DNA of 64,000 nucleotides from Strigamia acuminata (Eukaryota): NCBI GenBank assembly GCA_949358305.1, contig OX442314.1, positions 5,022,001 to 5,086,000 of the forward strand, read 5' to 3'. Shown piece by piece: positions 11,582 to 21,891 of this stretch (position 1 is its first letter; each line of letters starts with the position of its first letter). The notes under the pieces were generated by a model. It saw only the letters and a program-made list of their open reading frames with translations, ran no database searches and was not told where the DNA came from. The position numbers and the translations under genes were made by a program.

Positions 11582-14523
11582 TTGTAAAATTTTTTTTTTG
11601 CTTGCCATTTTGTTTTGCTTTGTGTGCAAACCCTTTGTTACATTGTGGTTGCCGCTTGTTTCAATTTTATTTTTGTTGCAGGTTGTTTTATTCATTGTTC
11701 AGAGTGTTGGTACATTTTCGCTTTATTTTTTGACAGGGGACAATTGTATTGTTTTTCATTTTCTTATTTTTTGGATTTTGGGTTAAATATTTTTCTTTGA
11801 GACTGAGGAATTTGAAGGGTGTTTTTGTTTGTCACTTTGAGTCGCGTGAGAGGCTTAGTTGTGAGGGCTGGGCACTTTTTCATTTGAAGGTCTTGGAATT
11901 ATGTTTTTCTCTGTGCTGTTGTGGTTGGGGCTCTGAAATTTATTTTCAGATGCGCTGCAACTGACCAAAGCACTTTGGTGTTTGTTTCTCTAATTGTTTG
12001 GGGGAGATTTGCTCACCCCTCAGGCAGTCACAGGAGCGACCGCTATTGTGCCTATTCTTTGGTGTTCTCCACCCCTTGTACTTAATTGAACTGCAGTGAC
12101 CTTGTTTTAAAACCTCAATTTTACTGTTTGTTTGATTTTTGTGCCGGGTTGGGAAACATTTGTTTTTCTTCTGTCACGCTTTTTCTCTTGTTTGGGCTGG
12201 GTAATGCTCAAGTCTTGGGTTAATTTGTGCAATTTTATATTTTTTTCTGGTTTATTTTTCTTTTGTGTTTGGTCTGGTTAGTGCTGGATTGAGTTGTTTT
12301 TTTTATTCATCTCATAAAGGTAATGTCCAGTCAGCACATTAGTTTAATTTCCAATTTTATTTTGTTTTGTTTGGTGTTTTTCTTTGTGTGTTTGGCTTGG
12401 CTTGAGTCTGACCTCGTTTGTTCCTATAATTAGCTTGGGGGGACAAGGGTCAACCAGCACACAAGTTGGACACCCCCTTATTTTTAATTTTATGATTTTT
12501 CTTTTCTTGGTGTGCAACCTATAGAGGTGAGAAACCATTTGTAGGTGCTCAGATGTTGTGGTTTGGAGTGTTGAATTAGATCTGGTTCATCATTTCAGAC
12601 ACAATTTGAAAGTGGGGTGTGTAGAGGTTAGGTTTTCACAAACCAACAATGTGTTACTCATGACATTCCTGAGGTTACGCTGACGTAATGAGTGTCTTAG
12701 AGGGTCGACACCACACTGGACATTTGGTAGATTAAGTTCTTTTATTTCTCTCTCTGGGTCGGGCGATTTGGTGCTTTTTCCGAGTGTGTTTTTTTGGCGG
12801 GAAATGTGTTTGTGGTGTTGTTGTGGTGGGCAGGCATGCTGCTGGGTGCAGTATATCCCAGTTCAGCCCTGTGCTTCGCCCGGACAGCAATAAACTAATG
12901 CGGTATATTTAGGGAAGCGCTGTTCATTACTGGCCAGAGGTACATTCCTGGTTTCAGCGGTTTGATTAATCTTTTGAATTACAGGCACATGTACTTAAGG
13001 AGAGCACACGGAGACTGGGTTTCCAACCCTGTTCCGGGCACTGGTGGAAGCAGTTTGACGTGGTTTTGGCTTTTTTGTGTTTTTGTGGCCACTTATGGCA
13101 CATTTTTGTCAATTTCACTGCCTTACTGTCGAAATTGGGTCTCGGACAGCAGGGAGGGCGGCTCTTGCAGGGGACTGCTGGAGTGTCGAGCCTAACGGTA
13201 TTTGCTTTCAAACCGCGCGTGGAATGCTTGCAAATACGAATTGGGTGGCTAACAGCTTCAAACGAAGACTGTGAATCCAGCCCAACATCTTTCAAACTTT
13301 TATTTTTTTCAATGTGCTGTGTGTGGATCCCTTTTCCCAAATTTTGTGAAACACACCACATTTTTCTTGTTCCCTTCTTTTATCCTATTTCTACTCTAAT
13401 TTCATATCCGGGTTGGAAAGGAGTGAGGCTCCCGGGGATTGGACCTAACTTTCCCTGGCGCTGGACCGTGTTCAGTTGCAATATTCTCCAATCCGACTCA
13501 GGCTCAGTTCGCCAATTTCCCTTAACTCCTAGTCTGAGGCGACTGAGTCACAATTTTTTGCCTCATCAGGATTATCGCGATCTTGATGGTGTTTTGGGTG
13601 TGATTTCGGTGCAGGAGCAGGCAATATCGGAGGAATCCTAAAACACGCGATTTTAGCGTTTTCAGCAGAGGTTAAAACTGGTGGTAGACGTGTACACCAG
13701 CGCAAAGGAAAACGTACGACCTTAGCATCGAAGCTGTGGGGCGCGATGAGAAAATGCCACGAAAAATCGATATACGCAGTTTTTTCTACTTGGTTCTGGC
13801 GCGAATAATTTAGAACACGAAGGGAAAGACGAAGCATGCATTGTTTTGTTAGTTTGGGAGTGTCAGAGAACTTCCAGTCGCCCATTTCTATCTTCTGGGG
13901 CGTGGATAAATGCCGGAAAGGTGTTCGCTAATTTTTTATTTTGGGGCGTGGATTAAAAACCAAAATATAACCGCTAATTTGATTTTTTGGGGCGCAGAGA
14001 TAAACCAAAACTTAATATTTTATTGTTTTTTAATAAAAGGACTTTCATTGTAATTAATCATATTTTATTTTCGAAGGTACACGGAATGCAATAACAGGTT
14101 GATGACGAGGTCAGGGTTTCGACCATTGACCCGCCACTCCTCTGTTTAATCGATTTTAGCATAGAGGGCATGGACTCTGTTGAAAGAACAGGACGGCACC
14201 CCGGTGCGCGCCTTTGGTCTTCACCAGATGCTCAGCTGCCAATTAGCTAAAAATAGAATCGAGGACCCTTGAAGCACTGAAAAGCGCTCGAAGGTCCAAC
14301 ACATGGCCAGTGGTCGGACATTCCTTTGGAAGGGATGCTGAGATCTTTTGTGAAATAATTATGGTCGACCTAGTTGTAGGCGGCTGTAATTGGTCAAGGT
14401 ACCCCTGACTTTGGTTTGTTTGTAGGAAGTGAAAGTGTCCTTGGATTCCTTCTCACTCCTTGCCTGTGCGTGGTCTTGACTACACACACTTGGTTACCAC
14501 TGGTTGCAAAGAAATAGCATCTT

Positions 14524-17130
14524 ATGGCAAGCAAGGATCTCGATTCGGCTTGGGCCAGAGAACTGGCTGTTCTTTGCGACGTCGATCCATGCGACATTAA
14601 GACGCAGGACGATGTCATGGAACTCATTCGGTTATTTCAACGCGAAAAGCAGATGGCAGCACTTGATGCCGCCGCTGCACATGGCGAAGCAATTTGGTCA
14701 AATTTTGCCGCAGAACAGGCGCGTAAAGCAGCTGTTCGTGCGCGGAATGAGGCCAGCGACATGGCGGAAGCTTGGGCAAGATCCGCAGTGTCGCAGCAAT
14801 TGGATTTCAGTAAACGTATCAGGGAATTGTCCAGCAGGTCGACGATAACTCGAGCCGCTGCATCGGACGATTCGGACGTTCAAAGCGAGCCGGAGGAGGT
14901 GGACCTGGTTGCGGAGAACGGTGTGGTTCAGCCCGCCGAACTCTACGACCGGATCTCGCCACCCCAGCCGCTAGGAACAGTCGAGGCGGATGAAGGCGTC
15001 GTGACAGACGGCTCACCGCCCGACCAGGTCTGTTTCGTAGGCTTAGCCGTCGGAGCGGTCTGGGATACAGTGAGTGTCGCCGGACTGGGCAGAGATTTCC
15101 CTCTCCCGTTCGTCGACATTCGTTTTTCCGACCGCGAAGCGGTGGCACTTATGGATACCGCTGCTTCAGGGCAGTATATGAGTAGTGCCGCGGCCGAGAA
15201 ATACGGACTAACAGCCTCGATTAAACCCTGTGATGATTTCGTTAGGGTTATGACGGGCGATAGAGTAACCAGTCCCTTGGGGACGGTGAGATTGTACGTC
15301 AGCTGGCAGACGGGGGAAGATTGGTTACGGTTTGCGGTGTTACCTTCTTCTTCTAACTTCATCCTTTTGGGGTGTAGTTGGTTGAGGGAATATGGCATTG
15401 TAATTCGCATTTCCCGGAACGATTGGTTTAAAGCCGATAATTCAGGGATGACGTTTCCTTTCGCTCCTCGGCCTAGACAGCTAGACGACAGTGGTGCAGA
15501 TGTTGACAAGTGGGCAAGGGTCACGCTGGAATACGGCGTCGACACGGCCGCACTGTCACTATCATCCAAACAATTAGATTTGTTGGAAGACTGCAAAATA
15601 GAAGATATGCGGAAGATGAGATTGGCTCGTGTGCTCGACGAATTCAGCCACATTTTCAGCGAGATAGGAGGCTGTCATCCGACGGTGGAACTTCGGATCC
15701 CCACGGGTAATGTGCCACCCTTCTCGTGCGATATCAAACCAACGTCCCCTGCTGAAGCGAAAGCTCTGCGCCGTTTGGTGAGATGCGCGCTGAAAAAGGG
15801 TGAAATAGAAAGAAGTGTCAGTGTTTATAGGAACCAGCCGGTGATAAGTATATTACCTGACGGAACCTTTGACGCTTGCATTGATTTTAGACAGCTGAAT
15901 TCGGTCACGGAGAGAGACACGTACCCAGTACCGTCTATTCCCATGATTTTGGCCTGTTTGGAAGGGAGTGTGTTCTTCTCTACTTTGGATCTGGCTATGG
16001 GCTGCTTTCAGGTAAGGATTGCGCCCAAGGACAGACCTAAGACGGCGTTTTACACACCTCAAGGTACCTTTCAGTTCGTGAAATTGCCCTACGGATTGTT
16101 GAATACCCCTGTGGCATTTCAACGGCTGATGGGGAAGGTGCTCGGCGAATCGAAGTTTAAGTGGGCGTTGCCCTACCTGGACTCGATTGTGGTGTTCAGC
16201 AAAACTTTTGAGGAACACCTGACACACCTGTCCGACGTGCTGAGCAGGCTGAGCAAATTTTGCTTGACCGCTAGCCCGTCTGGATCTTGTGTGATATCTA
16301 CTTCTTGGGACTTTCTTGGCTATTCTATGACTCCCGCAGGTTTTCGACCGAACGAACGCCGTGTTCAGGCGATCGTGGACTACCCGCGACCAGCGAATGT
16401 CGCCCAGCTGCGACGTTTCTTCGGCATGTTTGGAGGAGACACACCGCCGATCGAGGGACTGGAACATCTGTCGAACCCGCTGGATGACCTACTCACAGTG
16501 GGTGCGGAATGGAATTGGTCCGACGAGTGTCAGGGAGTATTCGAATTTTTCAAGGATCATCTTTCGCGTGGGATCGTGCAGCCGATGCCTGATTTCGGCA
16601 AGACCTTTGTCATCCAGGCTGCCGCAAGTTTGACCGGGCTCGGTGCAGTCCTCACGCAGATCGATCATCTGGGGGTCAAAAGACCCGTTGCTTACGCGAG
16701 TCGTGCGCTGCAAGGCGCCGAGACAGTGTTAAGCCCGCCGGAACTCGATTGTCTGGCAGTTCTGCAGGCAGTCGCTTTCTTTCGATCTTTCATCGCGTAT
16801 TCAAAATTCGAAATCGAAACAGGTTGCGTGGCGTTGTTTTGGTTATTACACTCAATCAACACGTCAGGTCGCCTGGTGCGGTGGGCAATGCAGCTCCAAC
16901 AGGTGAGATTCTCTTTTAAATTCAGGAGAGATGTGGACGATCGGATCGCAGTCGCTCTTTCTCGTGTGGGCCTAGATGACGATGAAACGACATTGGCGGC
17001 CTCACGCGAAGAAAAAGCTGCTTCCATGCTTGCCCACACTCTTGTCTCAGAAAGCCTCGCTGGTGCGATCATGTCTTACGATGAGATTAGGCAGAACCAG
17101 CGGGCAGACGCGATTGTAACGCGATTGTAA
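14524..17130 (+). CDS. Gypsy-type polyprotein (868 aa): short N-terminal region, aspartic protease-like domain, RT and RNase H, with degenerate active sites
   Basis: ALMDTAAS..ILLG (PR); CIDFRQLNSVTERDTYPVP, FFSTLDL, KTAFYTPQGTFQFVKLPYGLLNTPVAFQRLM, YLDSIVVFS (RT); QAAASLTGLGAVL, RPVAYASR, ELDCLAV, ETGCVAL, GRLVRWAMQLQ, IAVALSR (RH). Confidence 0.93.
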   Translation: MASKDLDSAWARELAVLCDVDPCDIKTQDDVMELIRLFQREKQMAALDAAAAHGEAIWSNFAAEQARKAAVRARNEASDMAEAWARSAVSQQLDFSKRIRELSSRSTITRAAASDDSDVQSEPEEVDLVAENGVVQPAELYDRISPPQPLGTVEADEGVVTDGSPPDQVCFVGLAVGAVWDTVSVAGLGRDFPLPFVDIRFSDREAVALMDTAASGQYMSSAAAEKYGLTASIKPCDDFVRVMTGDRVTSPLGTVRLYVSWQTGEDWLRFAVLPSSSNFILLGCSWLREYGIVIRISRNDWFKADNSGMTFPFAPRPRQLDDSGADVDKWARVTLEYGVDTAALSLSSKQLDLLEDCKIEDMRKMRLARVLDEFSHIFSEIGGCHPTVELRIPTGNVPPFSCDIKPTSPAEAKALRRLVRCALKKGEIERSVSVYRNQPVISILPDGTFDACIDFRQLNSVTERDTYPVPSIPMILACLEGSVFFSTLDLAMGCFQVRIAPKDRPKTAFYTPQGTFQFVKLPYGLLNTPVAFQRLMGKVLGESKFKWALPYLDSIVVFSKTFEEHLTHLSDVLSRLSKFCLTASPSGSCVISTSWDFLGYSMTPAGFRPNERRVQAIVDYPRPANVAQLRRFFGMFGGDTPPIEGLEHLSNPLDDLLTVGAEWNWSDECQGVFEFFKDHLSRGIVQPMPDFGKTFVIQAAASLTGLGAVLTQIDHLGVKRPVAYASRALQGAETVLSPPELDCLAVLQAVAFFRSFIAYSKFEIETGCVALFWLLHSINTSGRLVRWAMQLQQVRFSFKFRRDVDDRIAVALSRVGLDDDETTLAASREEKAASMLAHTLVSESLAGAIMSYDEIRQNQRADAIVTRL

Positions 17131-17159
17131 CGCGATTGTAACGCGATTGTAACGCGATC
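17108..17159. repeat. 11-bp tandem repeat ACGCGATTGTA x4 plus a partial copy, which introduces the pol stop codon
   Basis: Directly visible; TAA at 17128-17130 lies inside it. Confidence 0.95.
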
Positions 17160-17462
17160 ATGAGATGGTTAGACGAAGACCGAGAAGACGACAGTCTTCT
17201 GGCCCAACTCCCACCATCCATGGCACAGTACATGTCCGATTATACGTTCGGCGAATGCGGAGAATTGTGTATCAATACCCCGTTCTCACCCGAATCGTCA
17301 CTGACCAGGACGGAGCAAGGCTTGGACGTAAAAATCCTGATGCCTGCACCACTAGCTGACCATTGCCTCGACGTCATTCGATTGCATCCTCGCTACACGC
17401 AGGATAACGCAGCCGACATGGTGAAAAGGCTACGACGCATTTTTTTCTGGCCAGGGACTTAG
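17160..17462 (+). pseudogene. Out-of-frame continuation of pol: degenerate start of the integrase zinc-binding region, with no rve catalytic core after it
   Basis: ILMPAPLADHCLDVIRLH...MVKRLRRIFFWPG resembles the VP..L...H....H.G...T..RL...YYWP motif of Gypsy integrase N-termini. Confidence 0.6.
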
Positions 17463-18015
17463 AAATTCCTTGTTTCGGCTGGATTTAAAGTGAAGAACGT
17501 TCGTCAGGCGTAGACACGGCGAATCCTCGTCATTGTCACACCGACAAACACAGAATTGAAACCGTAAGTTTCCCTGCAACGATGACTTATTAAAACGGAT
17601 GTTTTTTATTTTTTATCAAACTCACCCGTTTTGTAGCAGTCACTTGTTGCTCGGTAAAGTTGAAAAAATCGATTAGCAGGCCCGTGATTCGTCTCGATGG
17701 TCGCCGATCGATCAGTGTTGGTCACTAGACCGATAGCACTGTTGAATTGATTGATTAAGTCACTGAAATTGGTCGGAGAAGTTTGTTTAATTACCTGCTT
17801 TCCGTGGCCAGTTTCAGCGGTCATGTTGCGGTCTCAACCGATGAGAATCGTGGCGTTCATGTGACGTCACGAATTCTCGCGGAGGAGCGTAACCATGGCG
17901 ACGGTCTCAGCACCGCAGCCGCGATTTTTAAGCAGGTTTTATTTCTCTGCCCCGGGATCGTGGGAGTTTTCGCTAAAAAATTCGGAAAATTGTCGTGGCA
18001 ATAAAAATAATATTA

Positions 18016-20063
18016 GGGGGTTTCATTATATGAATGATTTTGCAATTTTGTGATTTTGCATTAATCACAAAATCATTATTTTTTGATGCCTCCAAAAATG
18101 AGTTTACATTGAATTAACCCAGTCAATTTTGCAATTGTGTGATCTGGACGATTTTGTGATTTTTGAGTATTGTCATGTGATATCTGTTCTACCAATCACA
18201 TTCACATTCACTAAAGCACAAAAGAGTAAAAACACAAAATCCCAAAAACATCTAAAAGGTAGTTTTTGTGATTTTGATAAGAAGTGATTTTGAGGCTTGT
18301 GAAACTCAAAACAAAATGGAGGCATCCAAGCTCTATCTAAGTGGCTAACTTGTATCCTAGATGTAGATCGATTAACAATAGCAGCAATGTTTTTGAGTTT
18401 CATCCCATCGTTACGGAGTTGCAAAATTCGAATCTTTTCGTCACGTGTCAGTTCTTTTCCTTTCCCCATGTTCGTGTGATTAAAACTTTAGCAGCTAATG
18501 AAATCAATCAAAAACACGTTTGCTTATATATCAGCACTTAAGTGTAACATTATTGGCACGAATCTGACGTAATTTGCACGAATTTGCCGTTTTCGGAACG
18601 AATTTTCTAAACTTATGAAACGGTTTTGACCGTTTTCTAAACTTATGAAACGAGTGTTAATTTTAAACCTAGTCGCGAAAAAAAAAATAAAGCTTCTCAC
18701 AGATTACTTTTTAGATAAATTTCTTCCTTTTAAACCATTTTATAACACTGTATAAAAATCTGGGTGCTAACTTCTCTCAATTCTAAGTTCTGCGGTCATA
18801 AAGTTTGATCTCAGCAATTTTTAATTTTTTTTCTAAACTTATGAAAAGGAGTCGTATATCATCAAAATGCTGATGCATCCATGACTGTATAACAGCTAGG
18901 AAACTCAATACTTCGATTCGGGTAAAAAAAAGTACCGATTCAGGGCGATTCAGGGCGATTTTAGCGGGTGCCCGAATGGAAATTCAGGCGGAAATGTTCG
19001 TCGCGTATCGTTTTTTATTGTTTTCTATGTCAAGATGAGCTCGGAAAATTATGGAACCAAGCTCATTTTGAAGAGGAGACAATTCTGCACAAGCCTGTAT
19101 TTTTTACTTTTTGATTCGGGCGAGGAAAAGTGCCGATTCGGGCCATCTTAGCGGGGGACCGAATGGGAAAATTTGGAAATTTGGTGCAGAATTTGGATTC
19201 GAGATTCGACCATGACAAAACCAAAAATTCGTAAAATTAACCGAATGAAATGTTTAAAACAGGTTTCCAGAGAAGAAAATTCCGCTGAAAACGATGGTAC
19301 AGATAACTTTTTGATCGGATTAACCGTTGATTTTAAATTTTGGAAAAAACGATCTTTTTTGGGTTGATTTATAAGAAAAAGTTGGAAAAAGTGGTTGAAT
19401 AATAAAGGAGGACAAAATAGCAGGTTGCAGTGGTTTGGGCCAAAATTGAATTGGCTGGATTGGCGTTGGGTTTAGGTTAACTTTTGGGTTTGATTGTGTT
19501 TGGGTATTGGCCAGATTGGCATTGGTTTTAGTTTGGTGTGGTTTGGGTTTGGGTTGCATTATTATGGGTTTGGTTTAGTTTTGCAAAAATTTATTTTATG
19601 ATTTGGTTGTATACATTTGTCTGATCTATGGCTTTGGCTTTGTGGGTGAACAGCTAGTATTTATTAAAATGCACCTTATTAAAAAATATTTTGTTCCATC
19701 ACACAAATAAGAACTAGTTTTTTTGCATCACATTTTAAAATTGGTTGGATATAACTATAACCTAATATGGTGGATAGGAAGTCACGTGACTATTTAAATA
19801 ATTGCAAAATTGCAAAATTATGAGATTGTTTTTGAAACTAATTATTAATCACAATTTGTGATGGCCACTTGGATTGAGTTTGGCTGCTGCCATCTTTTCC
19901 AAAATAGCAAAACTACCTTTGATTTTGTGATTGTGTATTTTTTCTGTTTTGTGTTTTTGCAATTATGCACATGATTGGTGGAACTGATATCATGTGACAA
20001 ATCCAAAAGTGCAAAATTGCTAAAGTTGCAAAATTACAAAATTGCTTCATTAATGAAACCCCC
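18016..20063. mobile_element. TA-flanked composite TIR element nested in the LTR element
   Basis: Terminal GGGGGTTTCATTA / TAATGAAACCCCC flanked by TA; long imperfect subterminal inverted repeats (~18170-18280 versus ~19905-20000). Confidence 0.8.
18350..18854 (-). pseudogene. Truncated Tc1/Tc3-like transposon left end with the N-terminal paired-HTH fragment of the transposase (ATG at 18469)
   Basis: MGKGKELTRDEKIRILQLRNDGMKLKNIAAIVNRSTSRI is a typical Tc1/Tc3 N-terminus; TA-CGACTCCTTTTCATAAGTTTAG end near 18855 with internal AAACTTATGAAA repeats. Confidence 0.75.
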
Positions 20064-21891
20064 TAGTGTTTCGTGGTGTTTTTCCTGCGCTTTCTGAGAA
20101 AGATTGTCTCTTTAGATTGGGAATTAGTTATTGCACCAATTAGAGGGGTGAGGGTGTCGTGGGACCCAATCACAGGTCACGGGTCGAGGATTGTTCTCTG
20201 TTTAGACTCGAGGTTTCTTGTTTCTGGACATAGTCCCCGTGTGTCACTTGTTTTCCAGAGAGCGACCATTCAGCATCAGTTGACTTTTGCTTGTGTTCGT
20301 GTTCGGGAAAAGTTTTTGAGTTGCGATATGAGGGTAAGACACAAATTTATTTTCTGTTTGCATCATTTACTGTGGCCCTTTTTCTCGATTAAACCCGTGA
20401 CCGATTGCTTTCTTTCGTGCCCCGACCCCGTTATTACGTGCAACTTAGCGCTCGAGCAGGCAGTTTCGGCCGCCGCTCCTCGCTAGGAACGCAGGCGGAT
20501 CAAAGTCGTTTTGACCGCCGCGGTCGAGTCGATTCACTGAAACACTTGTGGTTTCGACCATTTAGTGTTCAGAAAACATTTTAAGAAGTATTTTGTGTGA
20601 AGAAAACCTGATATTTCGGCGTTTTCTCTCACGAAGCGCTTCGTGATACCTGATGCGATTGGTTTCGGTTTGCCGTCCGTCTTCCATCTCGAATTTTCCA
20701 TCACTTCTTTTCGCTTCTCTTTCCTCTTTTTCCCGATGTTTCTGTGAAAGGTTCTCTCGATTAGTTTTCCTTCTTCAATTCAGTTTTAATTTTTTTTTTG
20801 TTTTATTTTTCATTTTTTTTATTACGTATTTTTTTTTGTTTTTGCCTCCATTCGCCGTGTCCCCGGTTTTTCTTTCTGAAATAGGTGGGTATCGGCGTCG
20901 GATTCGCGAGTCAGCTGGCAAAGGTTACACCGTGACCCACGCCTAACCCCTCGGAATTCGTGCATCCCTCGTTCCTTTTGTCCCTAATTGAGGTCAATGA
21001 CCTGCGCGCTGGTCACTTGAGTGGCCAGCGGCACGATCTGAGACCCCCAATCTGGGAAAACAATAGCGGGCGGTGAGGGGTTGTCGCCGCGATAAGAGGA
21101 GCCGAGAAGTTCGCTTCCCGAATCACTCGCCGCCGCGGCGCGACTCGAAGAAATCAAAGTCCACTTCCGTTTGGAGTTTTTCGTTCTGTTTTCCCATTTT
21201 AGTCTTCAACCCCTCCTTTGTTTATTTTGCCCTGAACTCGAGTTTCTTTCTCAGCCGGCGCAACTAAATTTATTTTTTTTTTATTCAATAAGATTATTTG
21301 GTTCTTATTTCTTTTCTCCTTTCGCTCGCGTTCAGGCAGAAAAGGTGTATCACTTTTTCGCTCGTTTGCGTATTTCTTTTCGAGACATTCTTTTTGTCAC
21401 AATCGATGGTTTGTTCGTGTTTTCTGCGACTGGATTGGGTTCTGATTCAGGCGCCAGACTTCACCGACATGCCGGGCCGTTGGGCAGAACGGTCCGCCAT
21501 GTTGGTTGCGGTTTGAGTTGCCGTCACCATCCTTTGCCTTGTCGTGTGTGAAATTCTTACAACCATCATTTCTTAGACCAGGCACCACGCTTTGGTCAAG
21601 ATTTCATATCATCCTGGTTCGGTTTAACGAATCCAGGAAAGTATTTCGGCTTATATCACCGGAGCACCGACAATGGCTTCCGCCAGCTCGGTGTCTCCTA
21701 CGATTGTGTGGCATCCACTAACGTCATGTGCTCGCACGTGATCGGAGTATTCGAGCGGGAGGCTGAGCTTGTCGCCCCCTCGCGCCGGAATCCTAGTTCG
21801 TAACCTTCACACCGCATTTCAACCCATTTTTTTTTCTCTTCCTCTTTCACTCCTTGATATAGTTTATTAATTTTTTATTTATCTTATCTAG

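Noticed and set aside
10767..11587. ORFs of 60-230 aa duplicated at 28096-28768
   Set aside because: They lie in the GC-rich LTRs, run into unrelated flanks and show no recognisable domains.
11598..14500. A separate gag ORF in the leader (for example 13060-13641 or 12966-13361)
   Set aside because: No capsid or CCHC motifs were recognisable in any frame. A very divergent gag cannot be excluded without an HMM search.
14943..17072. Antisense ORFs of 100-240 aa over pol (and 25607-26467 over the cargo ORF)
   Set aside because: These are expected shadow frames of GC-rich coding sequence.
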